Notes under the pieces: generated by a model | What the model saw: only the letters and a program-made list of their open reading frames with translations | What the model was told of the DNA's origin: nothing | Databases searched by the model: none | Made by a program: the position numbers and the translations under genes | Source: Promethearchaeota archaeon | GTDB taxonomy: Archaea > Asgardarchaeota > Lokiarchaeia > Sigyniarchaeales > SOKP01 | NCBI GenBank assembly: GCA_048938025.1 | Contig: JBHLMP010000025.1 | Span: 1 to 55,464, forward strand | Direction: 5' to 3' | Length of the DNA stretch: 55,464 bases | In this document: positions 13,720 to 22,546 of the stretch, piece by piece | Numbering within the stretch: position 1 is the first letter of the stretch | Layout of the letters: every line of letters begins with the position of its first letter

Positions 13720-14001
13720 TTGAAATACCCTCGGTCAATGAATAGATACTGCCCAACCTGTAGAACACATACAAAACATAATGTTGCACTCTATAAAAAA
13801 GGCAAGGAACGGATGCTAAATCAAGGTAGGCGAAGATTAGAACGCAAAAAAGTGGGATACGGAAGTTTCCCCAAAGAAATCTTTCATAAAAATGCAAAGC
13901 TTAACAAAAGGACAACACCCCTTTTGGAATGCTCTGAATGTGGCAAAAAGCAATATGCAAAATCTTATCGTGTAAAACGGGTTGAATTACAAGAAGTTTA
14001 A
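13720..14001 (+). CDS. rpl44e: Ribosomal protein eL42 (L44e)
   Basis: YCPTCRTHTKH ... LECSECG; TTG start. Confidence 0.95.
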   Translation: MKYPRSMNRYCPTCRTHTKHNVALYKKGKERMLNQGRRRLERKKVGYGSFPKEIFHKNAKLNKRTTPLLECSECGKKQYAKSYRVKRVELQEV

Positions 14002-14016
14002 AAAGCGTGAATTAAT

Positions 14017-14223
14017 ATGGTCCATAAAAGAAGAGAAAAGGAACTTATTCCCCAACCAAAATCTAGGTTTTTACGTGTGAAGTGCTTAAATTGTGGAAAT
14101 CAGCAAATTATTTTTGGATGTTCTGCAACTGATGTAGAATGTTTAGTATGCGGTAAAACTTTACTACAATCCACAGGTGGTAAAGCCCGTATTCTTACTA
14201 AGATATTGGAAGTTCTTTCTTGA
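14017..14223 (+). CDS. rps27e: Ribosomal protein eS27 (S27e)
   Basis: [11 protein letters not shown]...C..CG...TGGKA. Confidence 0.97.
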   Translation: MVHKRREKELIPQPKSRFLRVKCLNCGNQQIIFGCSATDVECLVCGKTLLQSTGGKARILTKILEVLS

Positions 14224-14310
14224 AGATGTTTAGAATAATAAAACTTTGATTTTTTAGGAGTCAATAAAAATTACAATTTTGATGCAACCATCCTATTTTA
14301 TTTTAATATT

Positions 14311-14334
14311 TTCGTGAAACAATGGTTTCACGAA
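14311..14334. terminator. Perfect inverted repeat between convergent rps27e and tRNA-Gly (terminator, processing hairpin or operator)
   Basis: TTCGTGAAAC-AATG-GTTTCACGAA; 10-bp stem seen directly, function inferred. Confidence 0.4.
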
Positions 14335-14382
14335 TATTATATTTGACTTTAATATCAATATAAGAGTATATAATAAGGAAAA

Positions 14383-14454
14383 TGCGCGATCCGGGAATTG
14401 AACCCGGGTCATCGGCTTGGAAGGCCGAGATCATAACCCCTAGACTAATCGCGC
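14383..14454 (-). tRNA. tRNA-Gly(TCC), intronless, CCA not encoded
   Basis: Acceptor stem GCGCGAT/ATCGCGC+A, anticodon arm TCGGC-CTTCCAA-GCCGA, T arm CCGGG-TTCAATT-CCCGG. Confidence 0.97.
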
Positions 14455-14516
14455 TTAAAAAAATTTAGAAAATCGTGTAAGATCACAAATTTTCCATATC
14501 TTTTAACTTTGGCGGT

Positions 14517-15191
14517 TTAGAGAATATTATAGTTTAATTCATAGTAGGTGATAATTTTATTAACAACAACCCATGCATCTAGAGAGTATTGGGAAATAGA
14601 AATTAAATTTTCAGATAAACCTATAATTTCTTTTGAGAAATTACTTTTTTGGAATCCCCCAACAATAGCTATATAATTTTTTGTAAGATCTTTTGAAAAT
14701 AAATCTTTGTAGGTATTTATTAACTTACCGTTAATCGAAAATAAATAAATTTCCTTACTTTTAAACTTATTAATAAGTTCTTTTAAACCTCCGTTAAATG
14801 AAGCAATTAATTTGGAAGATCCTGTTTCTATACTTCCATCTATTAATAATTTAGCAATTAATCCTTTAAATCGGTTAAAGTTTCTCGTAATTCTAATCTT
14901 TGGATTAAATTCAAATATTTTATTATTAATTGTATGTAGATAAATTTTTAAATTTCCACTTTTATTTAGTGTTGAGCCTAAGGCATTAAGTAAACATAAA
15001 TGAGTTATATCAGGACGACCTCTCTTTTTAATGTTTTGTAAATTAATCATAGCAGAATGATGAAGTGCATTATCTAAAAGTTGTGTAGCATAAATTTGAG
15101 GAGATAGATTCTTCTGGATAGCAGAATGTTTTCTAATTTGTTTTGGGATAAGTTCTATTCCACATTCAACTAAAATAATTATTAATGGCAT
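14517..15191 (-). CDS. nep1: Nep1/Emg1 16S rRNA pseudouridine N1-methyltransferase
   Basis: LLDNALH...RGRPDITH..LL, VGGFQ; start taken at ATG 15191. Confidence 0.92.
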   Translation of the reverse strand: MPLIIILVECGIELIPKQIRKHSAIQKNLSPQIYATQLLDNALHHSAMINLQNIKKRGRPDITHLCLLNALGSTLNKSGNLKIYLHTINNKIFEFNPKIRITRNFNRFKGLIAKLLIDGSIETGSSKLIASFNGGLKELINKFKSKEIYLFSINGKLINTYKDLFSKDLTKNYIAIVGGFQKSNFSKEIIGLSENLISISQYSLDAWVVVNKIITYYELNYNIL

Positions 15192-15193
15192 AG

Positions 15194-15526
15194 CTAACAA
15201 TTATTATTTTTTAATTTTATAAAATAACGAGTTGTATTTCCACAAGACAGACAAGTTAATGAAACATGTGAACCCTTTCCTTTTCTTGACTTTAATCTTG
15301 TTCTACAGTTAATTCCCGGATACAAAAACTTTTTGCATTTATGACAGACCCTTTGCTTCCATTTTGTTGGAATTTTAAGTTTAGCTCTAGCAGCATACTT
15401 TCTAGCTAAGTAAACATACCGATTTGCTAAATCTCTGTTCTCAGGAAAAATATTGTGGGCTCTTTCGAACAAAAATTGCATTCGGGTCTTTGCGATTTGT
15501 TTCACAATATTCTTATAATTAGGCAT
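15194..15526 (-). CDS. rnp4: RNase P protein component 4 (Rpp21)
   Basis: IAKTRM..L, LANRYV, CHKC...PG, CLSCG. Confidence 0.93.
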   Translation of the reverse strand: MPNYKNIVKQIAKTRMQFLFERAHNIFPENRDLANRYVYLARKYAARAKLKIPTKWKQRVCHKCKKFLYPGINCRTRLKSRKGKGSHVSLTCLSCGNTTRYFIKLKNNNC

Positions 15527-15541
15527 TTTTCTATAAGGATT

Positions 15542-15814
15542 TTATAGTCTTTTATCTATTTGAGTTTTTGAGATTATGATTATTTTACCTCGTACATCTA
15601 ATAGATAAGAATTTGTTTTTTTAACAATTTTATTGGCTAATTCTTTGATATTTAATTTATTGGCAATGGAACTTAATGCCTTGATTTTAATTATTTTATT
15701 TCTTCTTAATAATTTATTTAAATAATCGACAAACTCGTCTGTAATACCTTTCTTGCCTAAAATACAATGTGGATCATTTAGTAAAACTTGTTTAAACTCT
15801 TTGCTATAGCTCAT
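15542..15814 (-). CDS. YhbY/CRM-domain RNA-binding protein
   Basis: LGKKGIT, IIKIK, VRGKIIII; adjacent to rnp4. Confidence 0.85.
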   Translation of the reverse strand: MSYSKEFKQVLLNDPHCILGKKGITDEFVDYLNKLLRRNKIIKIKALSSIANKLNIKELANKIVKKTNSYLLDVRGKIIIISKTQIDKRL

Positions 15815-15899
15815 TTTTTTTCATAAAATAATAAAATTTTTAATTTTGACTTGATTTTATAAAGTATTAAGATTAATGAATTTAGTATAATATTTTAGC

Positions 15900-16325
15900 A
15901 TGTCGATTTATCTCATTGAACCCCGAAAATTTATTCAAATTTTGGCAGAGAAGCTAAAGGAATTTCCTGAAATTCAACCACCTAAAGGAAGCAAATTTTG
16001 GAAAACAGCGTCATATAAAGAGTTAGCACCTATTGACTCAGAAAATTTTTGGTATATTCGAAGTGCCTCTATTTTAAGAAAAGTGAAAAAATATGGACCA
16101 ATAGGAGTAAATAAGTTAAGAAAGCATTATTCAGGAAGAAATAGAAAAGGTAGCGGTTTAAACTACTCTTCAAAAGGAAGCGGAAAGATAATAAGAGTCA
16201 TTTTACAGCAATTAGAAAAAGAAAGTTTAGTAATAAAGGATGGTAAAAACGGGAAAAAAGTTTCTCCTGAAGGAAATAGTTTATTAGAAAGAACAGCATA
16301 CTCTATTCTAAGAAAAAAAAGTTAA
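15900..16325 (+). CDS. rps19e: Ribosomal protein eS19 (S19e)
   Basis: KELAP...WYIRSASILRK, GSGKIIRVILQQLE. Confidence 0.96.
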   Translation: MSIYLIEPRKFIQILAEKLKEFPEIQPPKGSKFWKTASYKELAPIDSENFWYIRSASILRKVKKYGPIGVNKLRKHYSGRNRKGSGLNYSSKGSGKIIRVILQQLEKESLVIKDGKNGKKVSPEGNSLLERTAYSILRKKS

Positions 16326-16356
16326 AGAATTAAATAATAACCTCTGGGAGTTTAAA

Positions 16357-16698
16357 TTGAGCAACGATGAAGAGTTAGATGATATCAAAAGGAAGAAGTT
16401 AGAAGAATTAAAACAAAAAGCCGCACAGCAACAATTAATGGAAGCCCAACAAAAAGAGTTTGAGAGCAAAAAATATCAATTGATGCGAAAAATTTTATCT
16501 CAAGAAGGGAGACAGAGATTAGAAAATATTCGAATGGTTAAACCCCAATTTGCTGAACAGATAGAATTACAATTAATTCAACTATTTCAATCAGGACAAC
16601 TAAGAGGAGCAACACCATTACCAGATAAAGCATTTAAAAAATTATTAGAACAAATATCTTCACTGGGGAGAAAAAAAGAATTTAATATAAAAAAATAG
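16357..16698 (+). CDS. PDCD5/TFAR19-family DNA-binding protein
   Basis: ELDDIKRKKLEEL, RQRLENIRMVKP, IELQLIQL; conserved position after rps19e. Confidence 0.92.
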   Translation: MSNDEELDDIKRKKLEELKQKAAQQQLMEAQQKEFESKKYQLMRKILSQEGRQRLENIRMVKPQFAEQIELQLIQLFQSGQLRGATPLPDKAFKKLLEQISSLGRKKEFNIKK

Positions 16699-16717
16699 TC
16701 AAGAGAGAGGAGTATAA

Positions 16718-16879
16718 ATGGCAAGGAATAAAAACCTACCGTCTAAATTAAGACGAGCGAAGAGTATGTCCCAAAATAAAGCACTACCAAATTGGGTTAT
16801 TAGGAGGACAAATGGTAAGGTTAGATCTAATCCTTACTCGAATAGAACATGGAGGAACACAAGGTTAAAAAGAGATTAA
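16718..16879 (+). CDS. rpl39e: Ribosomal protein eL39 (L39e), missing from the ORF track
   Basis: MARNKNLPSKLRRAKSMSQNKALPNWVIRRTNGKVRSNPYSNRTWRNTRLKRD; GAGGAG upstream. Confidence 0.95.
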   Translation: MARNKNLPSKLRRAKSMSQNKALPNWVIRRTNGKVRSNPYSNRTWRNTRLKRD

Positions 16880-16916
16880 AATTTGATTTAGAAATACTAC
16901 TTTTGAATGATATAGA

Positions 16917-17372
16917 ATGGCAAAAAAAGGAAAGGATATTAGTCTAGACGAGTTAGAGGAAGAATTAAGTGAGGATGAGTTAGAAGAAGAATCCGAATCT
17001 GATGAAGAAATAGAAGAGATTGAGGAATTCAGCCTAGATGAAATATCTGAAGAAGAAGAAATTAGTGAAATTTTTGAAGAGGAAATTGAAGAAATTAAAG
17101 AAGAGGAAGTTCCAAAAGAGGAGATTATTGATGAAAGAATATATATTGTACCTCTCGCAATAGCACGAAGAGGTCCAAGAAATAAAAGAGCAAAAAAGGC
17201 TATCAGGTATCTAAGAGAATATGTAACTCGCCATTTTAAGCCAGAATCTTTAGTTATCTCACAAGAAGTAAATGAGAAGATATGGGAACGTTCTATTCAA
17301 AAACCTCCACGAAAGTTGCAGGTGAGAGTTACTAAAAATATTGATGGACTGTGTGTTATATATTTAGCTTAA
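16917..17372 (+). CDS. rpl31e: Ribosomal protein eL31 (L31e) with long acidic N-terminal extension
   Basis: ERIYIVPL...RAKKAIR...VNEKIWERSIQKPP. Confidence 0.95.
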   Translation: MAKKGKDISLDELEEELSEDELEEESESDEEIEEIEEFSLDEISEEEEISEIFEEEIEEIKEEEVPKEEIIDERIYIVPLAIARRGPRNKRAKKAIRYLREYVTRHFKPESLVISQEVNEKIWERSIQKPPRKLQVRVTKNIDGLCVIYLA

Positions 17373-17456
17373 ATGTCAATTTTTAAATCAATGTACAAAT
17401 ATAAACTTTTTTTAATGATATTCTAGTAGAAAAATATAATTTTATCGTTATTTCAC

Positions 17457-18137
17457 ATGGCAATTTTAAGGTCTCAAGTATTTGGGAAGAGTCTAATAGG
17501 TGTTTACTTAACATGTAATAATTCATATATCCTATATCCTCCTACAACATTAAAGAATACACTTATAAAATTTAAAACTATATTTGGGGAGCCATTTTAT
17601 CCACTTACTATTAATAATTCGAACTTATTAGGAATATATGCTGCATCAAATAAATATGGAATTATTGTTCCTCATATAATAACAGATGAGGAACTTGATA
17701 AATTGAAAAGTTATTTAAATGACTTAAATAATTCCTCACAAATTGGTATTTTGAAATCAATTGATAATGCTTTTGGAAACCTTATCTTATGTAATGATAA
17801 AGGTGCTATAATTAGCTCGTTGTTAAAAAATTATAAAAAAGAGATCGAGGATATTTTAAGTGTTGAGACCGTCATTTATGAATTTGCTGATAATTATCTT
17901 CCTGGTTCAATTTCCTTAGCAAATAATCATGGTTGCCTAGTTCATCCTCTTTCAACCGATGAGGAAATAGAATATATTTCTACAATATTAAAAGTTGATG
18001 AGATCGATGTATCTACTGTAAATCGTGGTATTCCATATCTCTCTTCAGGGGCAATTGTGAATGATGAGAGTGGAATTTTTGGAGCTGATTGTACAGGTCC
18101 AGAAATGATGCGCCTAACAGATATATTAAAATTGTAG
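17457..18137 (+). CDS. eif6: Translation initiation factor 6
   Basis: GNLILCNDKGA, LVHP, STVNRG, TGPE. Confidence 0.94.
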   Translation: MAILRSQVFGKSLIGVYLTCNNSYILYPPTTLKNTLIKFKTIFGEPFYPLTINNSNLLGIYAASNKYGIIVPHIITDEELDKLKSYLNDLNNSSQIGILKSIDNAFGNLILCNDKGAIISSLLKNYKKEIEDILSVETVIYEFADNYLPGSISLANNHGCLVHPLSTDEEIEYISTILKVDEIDVSTVNRGIPYLSSGAIVNDESGIFGADCTGPEMMRLTDILKL

Positions 18138-18300
18138 GAGATTGACTAAATATTTTTTTTCCCTAACACTTTTAATAGGTTAGAAGAAGTAGTTATAATT
18201 TTTAGTATTGAACTTAATAAAGAAATTAAAAAAGCAAAATTTAATATTTTTAAAATAATTATCAATTTTAAATTCATGGATACAATAGGAATGAAAATTT

Positions 18301-18525
18301 ATGTCAGAGATAAAAATATACAGAATTATTGGCAACTACATTAAAAATCATAAGAAATATTTGTTTCGTAAAGAAGTACGTGCCTTAAAAGAAGAAGACG
18401 CTCTTGAAAAAGTTTTATGTAATATTACTTCTATTGGTATTTTTAGACGTCAAATTACAATTCAAGAAATTAAAGAGATAAGTTTAGAGGAATCTCAAGA
18501 CTATTTAATCCGTGAATTATCTTAA
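18301..18525 (+). CDS. rpl18a: Ribosomal protein eL20 (L18a/LX)
   Basis: KIYRIIG...FRKEVRALKEEDALEKV; synteny eif6-LX-pfdA. Confidence 0.88.
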   Translation: MSEIKIYRIIGNYIKNHKKYLFRKEVRALKEEDALEKVLCNITSIGIFRRQITIQEIKEISLEESQDYLIRELS

Positions 18526-18551
18526 TAATTAAGGAAAACATTCTTAAAGTT

Positions 18552-18977
18552 TTGATACAAGTGGTCAGTCCTCAAGAATATCAAGAGCAATTAATAAAAT
18601 TTCGTTATTTAAGGGAGCAACGTGATATGTATCAAAGTCAATTAGAAATTATTAATGCATCACGTGCAAATGTAATGATTTCTAAGAGTACTTTAGAAAA
18701 TTTAAAAGAAGGAGTAAAAGAAGATGACGAAATTTTAGTTCCTATTGGGGGTATAGTAAATATTAAAGCATCTATTAAAGAACCAGAAAAAGTTTTACTT
18801 GCTGTTAACCAAGATGTTGTAATTGAAAAGGATTTAGCAAGTGCGATTGAATTTCTTGATAAGATAATAGAACAACATAATAAGCAAATAGAATTCTTAG
18901 GAACTCAATTACAAAATCTAGATGTAGACTTAAATAAAATCTCTAAAGTCATTCAAAGAGATATTCTTCAAAGATAA
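18552..18977 (+). CDS. pfdA: Prefoldin alpha subunit
   Basis: Coiled coils flanking EILVPIGG...KVLLAV; synteny. Confidence 0.92.
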   Translation: MIQVVSPQEYQEQLIKFRYLREQRDMYQSQLEIINASRANVMISKSTLENLKEGVKEDDEILVPIGGIVNIKASIKEPEKVLLAVNQDVVIEKDLASAIEFLDKIIEQHNKQIEFLGTQLQNLDVDLNKISKVIQRDILQR

Positions 18978-19040
18978 ACTTGTTTTATATTTAATCTTGT
19001 TATAATTTCAGATAATTTTTAAATCAGTGAGGAGAAATAA

Positions 19041-19940
19041 ATGCTTGAAAAATTGAAGAGTACTTTTTCACTTTTTGTAAAAAAAACCCTAACTGAAAAA
19101 AAAATGGACGATGCTATTAATGATTTAAAACTCTTGCTTGTGAGTAGTGATGTTGCTATGGATACTTCTGATGAAATTTGCAACAAAATTGTTGACTCTT
19201 TTAAGGGAGAACAAATTGGTCGTTTAAGTTCAACTAAAAAAATGTTATTTGATACACTAAAGGATGTTATAACAGGTATACTAACACCTGAAAAAGAAAT
19301 AGATTTATTAGATGAAATAAAGAAAAAGAGAAAAAAAGATGAACCATATGTAATTGTTTTTCTTGGAGTTAATGGAACTGGAAAAACAACGACTATGGCT
19401 AAAATCGCTTATTTTTTAAAAAAAAATGGATTCTCGATTGTAGCAGCCGCAGCAGATACATTTAGGGCAGCAGCAATCGAACAATTATCCTATCACATGA
19501 ACAATGTTGGTATACGAGTTATTAAACATGCATATAAATCTGATCCTGCCTCAGTTGCTTATGATGCCATTGAACATGCTAAAGCTAAAAATATAGATGT
19601 TGTTTTAATAGATAGTGCTGGTCGTCAAGTATCAGATAAAAATTTAATGATTGAAATTCATAAAATTTGTAGAATCGCTCAACCTGATTTAACTATTTTT
19701 GTGGGAGATTCGCTTGCTGGTAATGATGTATTATACCAAGCAAGAGAATTTGACAAGCACGTAGGGATTGATGCAAGTATCTTAACTAAATTAGATGCTG
19801 ATGCAAGAGGTGGTGCAGCATTATCTATCTCTTTTGAAACAAAAAAACCAATCTTATTCATAGGAACAGGTCAGAACTATGATGATCTACAACCATTTAG
19901 TCGTGATTTTTTCATATCAAGTATTCTCGATAGTTCATAA
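19041..19940 (+). CDS. ftsY: SRP receptor FtsY (NG domain)
   Basis: GVNGTGKTTT, DTFRAAA, DSAGR, TKLD, GTGQ. Confidence 0.97.
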   Translation: MLEKLKSTFSLFVKKTLTEKKMDDAINDLKLLLVSSDVAMDTSDEICNKIVDSFKGEQIGRLSSTKKMLFDTLKDVITGILTPEKEIDLLDEIKKKRKKDEPYVIVFLGVNGTGKTTTMAKIAYFLKKNGFSIVAAAADTFRAAAIEQLSYHMNNVGIRVIKHAYKSDPASVAYDAIEHAKAKNIDVVLIDSAGRQVSDKNLMIEIHKICRIAQPDLTIFVGDSLAGNDVLYQAREFDKHVGIDASILTKLDADARGGAALSISFETKKPILFIGTGQNYDDLQPFSRDFFISSILDSS

Positions 19941-20001
19941 TAAAAAATATGAGTATTTCCTCAAAAGTTAACTTTTTTAAAGAATAATTCTTAATTTTAT
20001 T

Positions 20002-20241
20002 GTGTCAAATTACCCAAAATATGAAAAATATTCTCAATTTGAAAAGAAGAAGAAACCTAGTCTTTATGAAAGGTTAGGGATTTTCTTTCAAAACACAAAA
20101 AGAATTTTGAAAGTTTCAAATAAACCCGATAGGAAGGAATATTTTTTAGTTTTTAAAATTTGCGCGATTGGACTTGTTCTTTTAGGGGCAATATCATATA
20201 TCGTTCAACTAATTTTTAACTTTGTACCCTTTGCTAGATGA
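20002..20241 (+). CDS. secE: Protein translocase SecE/Sec61 gamma
   Basis: RILKVSNKPDRKEY plus C-terminal TM helix. Confidence 0.92.
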   Translation: MSNYPKYEKYSQFEKKKKPSLYERLGIFFQNTKRILKVSNKPDRKEYFLVFKICAIGLVLLGAISYIVQLIFNFVPFAR

Positions 20242-20288
20242 TTTTTTTATCTACAATTTTTAAATAAGATCTAATTTTTAAAATAATA

Positions 20289-20711
20289 ATGAAAGTCACA
20301 CTTAATTATTCAGAGAACCTCCATTTTTTAGCAGAAGCAAGGCATTTTAAAAACATTCATATTGATGAACCTGAATCATTTAGTGGTTCAAATCTAGCGC
20401 CTAGCCCTCTTGAATATTTACTAATTGGAATCGGGGGTTGTATTGGTAATTCTTTTATATATTGTCTACAAAAGCATAATATTCTAAGCGAGAAATTAGA
20501 AATTGTTGTAGATGGAAAATTAAAGCATTCAGGACCTAAATATACTTTAAAATTAGTAAAAATTGATATAGAGTTATTATTTACTCCTAAAAGTGGACAA
20601 TCAAAAGAGAAGATTGATATATGTAATAAAATTTTTCATGAATATTGTCCTGTGTCAAATATGATTATTAAAGAAACACCACTTAATATAAGAATTAGAC
20701 AAGAACAATAA
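20289..20711 (+). CDS. OsmC-family protein
   Basis: IDEP...G.N.APSPLEYLL...GGC ... YCPVS. Confidence 0.88.
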   Translation: MKVTLNYSENLHFLAEARHFKNIHIDEPESFSGSNLAPSPLEYLLIGIGGCIGNSFIYCLQKHNILSEKLEIVVDGKLKHSGPKYTLKLVKIDIELLFTPKSGQSKEKIDICNKIFHEYCPVSNMIIKETPLNIRIRQEQ

Positions 20712-20747
20712 AGAAAAAAAAGAAAAGAGTTATCAAAATTTGATTAA

Positions 20748-21972
20748 TTAGAAATAGTGCACAGTAATATAATCAGGTATTACTACTTCATCTTCTTTAT
20801 TTTTGCAAGCAACAAAATTTATTTTCATGTTTATTGATAGTGAGAGAAGACGTTTGGTTAAAATACCATCTATTATCAAATATTGGGTATGTTTATAATT
20901 TTTGATTTTTTCAAAAAGTTCTCCAACCGGTATATCAAATAGCTTCTCCATTGCTTTATTAAAACCTATACTATGACCAGGTTCAATATCTTTAATAGCC
21001 TCAATGATCGCAGATTCATTTTTAATATTACGATTTTTTAAAGCACTATATAGTCTATCTTCTTTACCCGTATATTCCAATTCAACTTTTTCCATATCTT
21101 TTATGTCTTTAAACAAATTAGCGTCTTTTTTGTTTTGTAATGCTTTTATCAATTGCTTTCTAGTTAATTCCTCAACCTCATATCCATCAGGAGCTCTAGC
21201 AATGAAATCAATTTTAGCAACTTGTAAAAGCTCCTTTAAAATGATCGTTCCACCCCTATCTCCATCCATAAAAGCTGTTACCGAACTCTTATTTTTTGTT
21301 AATTTTATTACTGACTTAGGTACTTGAGTTCCTTGAACTGCAATTGTATTTTTAACCCCAATCCTTAATAAGTTTAAAACGTCAGCACGACCTTCCACAA
21401 TTATTAATTCAGGATTAATATCTACTTCGGGTCCAGCAGGTAATTTTTCTTTACCCCAAGAAAGAATTTCTCCAAGTTTAATATCTGTATCAATTTGTTT
21501 TTCTATTTCACTTGGTTCTAAAGATTTTTGATCCCACTCTTTTAGAAGTTCAGTAGCACGTTTAATTATTTTTTTTCGTTTTGTTTCGCGAACATCACGA
21601 ATCTCTAAGAGTTTCATATCTGCTTCGCAAGGTCCAACCCTAGATACTGTTTCAACAGTTGCAGCTAATAGTGCTGTTTCTTTACGCGTGAGGCTACTAG
21701 GTATTTTAATGATCCCTTCGGAAATTCCTTCCTTGGATTCATTATCAACCTCGATTCTTCCAATTCGTCCAGATTTTTGTAAATCCCTTAAATCCAGATC
21801 CATAAGAAGTCCTTCGGTTTAGCCGATTAAGCCGAATTGGCTTCAAGTTTCTTTATCTCTGGCCAAAAATAGCCCCCACAATATCGCTTTTTTCTACAAC
21901 ACCTTTAATGCTAAATTTTACTTTTATAATATATTTAGTAGTAAATTCATTTTGACTGGTAATCTTGATCAC
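20748..21972 (-). CDS. dnaG: Archaeal DnaG (TOPRIM, exosome-associated), split gene: exon 1 21972-21859, exon 2 21818-20748
   Basis: Exon 1 TTKYIIKVKFSIKGVVEKSDIVGAIFGQ joins exon 2 TEGLLMDLDLRDLQKSGRIGRI; VEGRADV and DGDRGG TOPRIM motifs; about 394 aa if spliced. Confidence 0.93.
21819..21858 (-). other. Putative 40-nt bulge-helix-bulge mRNA intron in dnaG
   Basis: GGCC/GGCU 4-bp central helix, bulges AG^A and AA^A, inner helix GAU-A-AAG/CUU-A-AUC; removal gives CAG|ACC (Q-T) in frame. Confidence 0.8.
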
Positions 21973-22095
21973 TTCCTTAAATTTTATTTTTCATAATGAA
22001 ATCTAAGCTCACATCCAAAATTTATGAGAGTTAAATGATAAATTGTATGAGTTTGATTTTTTGAATTTTTTAAATAATTTTAATATATAATTTAA

Positions 22096-22117
22096 AATCA
22101 TCATAATTGTGATGATT
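22096..22117. promoter_or_regulatory. Near-perfect palindrome upstream of dnaG (candidate operator)
   Basis: AATCATCATAATTGTGATGATT, 20/22 self-complementary, in a divergent intergenic region. Confidence 0.4.
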
Positions 22118-22238
22118 ATATTTTAATAATATTATTCAATCCATTTATTTTTTGTGAATCTAAAGAATTTCTAAAAAAGTAAAAAATAATATCCTCATGA
22201 GATATTTATTTTTTAGATAATAATTATAATCTATATCA

Positions 22239-22433
22239 ATGAGTTATTGGAACAGAATTTTATTAGAAAAGCTTTTTTCAGAATCTAAAAAAAATTATGT
22301 GAAATATAAATTAAATACAGACATAGGTAGATTTTATTTTTATTTTAAAAAAGAAAAAGGATCTGAATCTAAAGTTACAGGCAAATTGATTTTCTATCCT
22401 GATCCAAAACAACAGATTCCTAATAAACCTTAA
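22239..22433 (+). CDS. Small hypothetical protein
   Basis: 64-aa ATG ORF in otherwise empty space; no motif recognised. Confidence 0.45.
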   Translation: MSYWNRILLEKLFSESKKNYVKYKLNTDIGRFYFYFKKEKGSESKVTGKLIFYPDPKQQIPNKP

Positions 22434-22546
22434 ATGATGTCTTTATCTATATTCTTCTTTAATATTAGTTTGAATCTGATTAGCTTTTTATGGCATTTTT
22501 ATTTTTATTATATAATCTTAAAAATTTAAAAACGAAAATGCCATAA

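Noticed and set aside
11026-13897. Antisense ORFs 11026-11226, 12337-12567 and 13697-13897
   Set aside because: Overlap better-supported genes on the other strand
21819-21864. Ribosomal bypassing or frameshift as the explanation for split dnaG
   Set aside because: No usable matched take-off/landing codon: landing on the second GGC meets TAA, and both frames contain stops. BHB geometry explains the junction better
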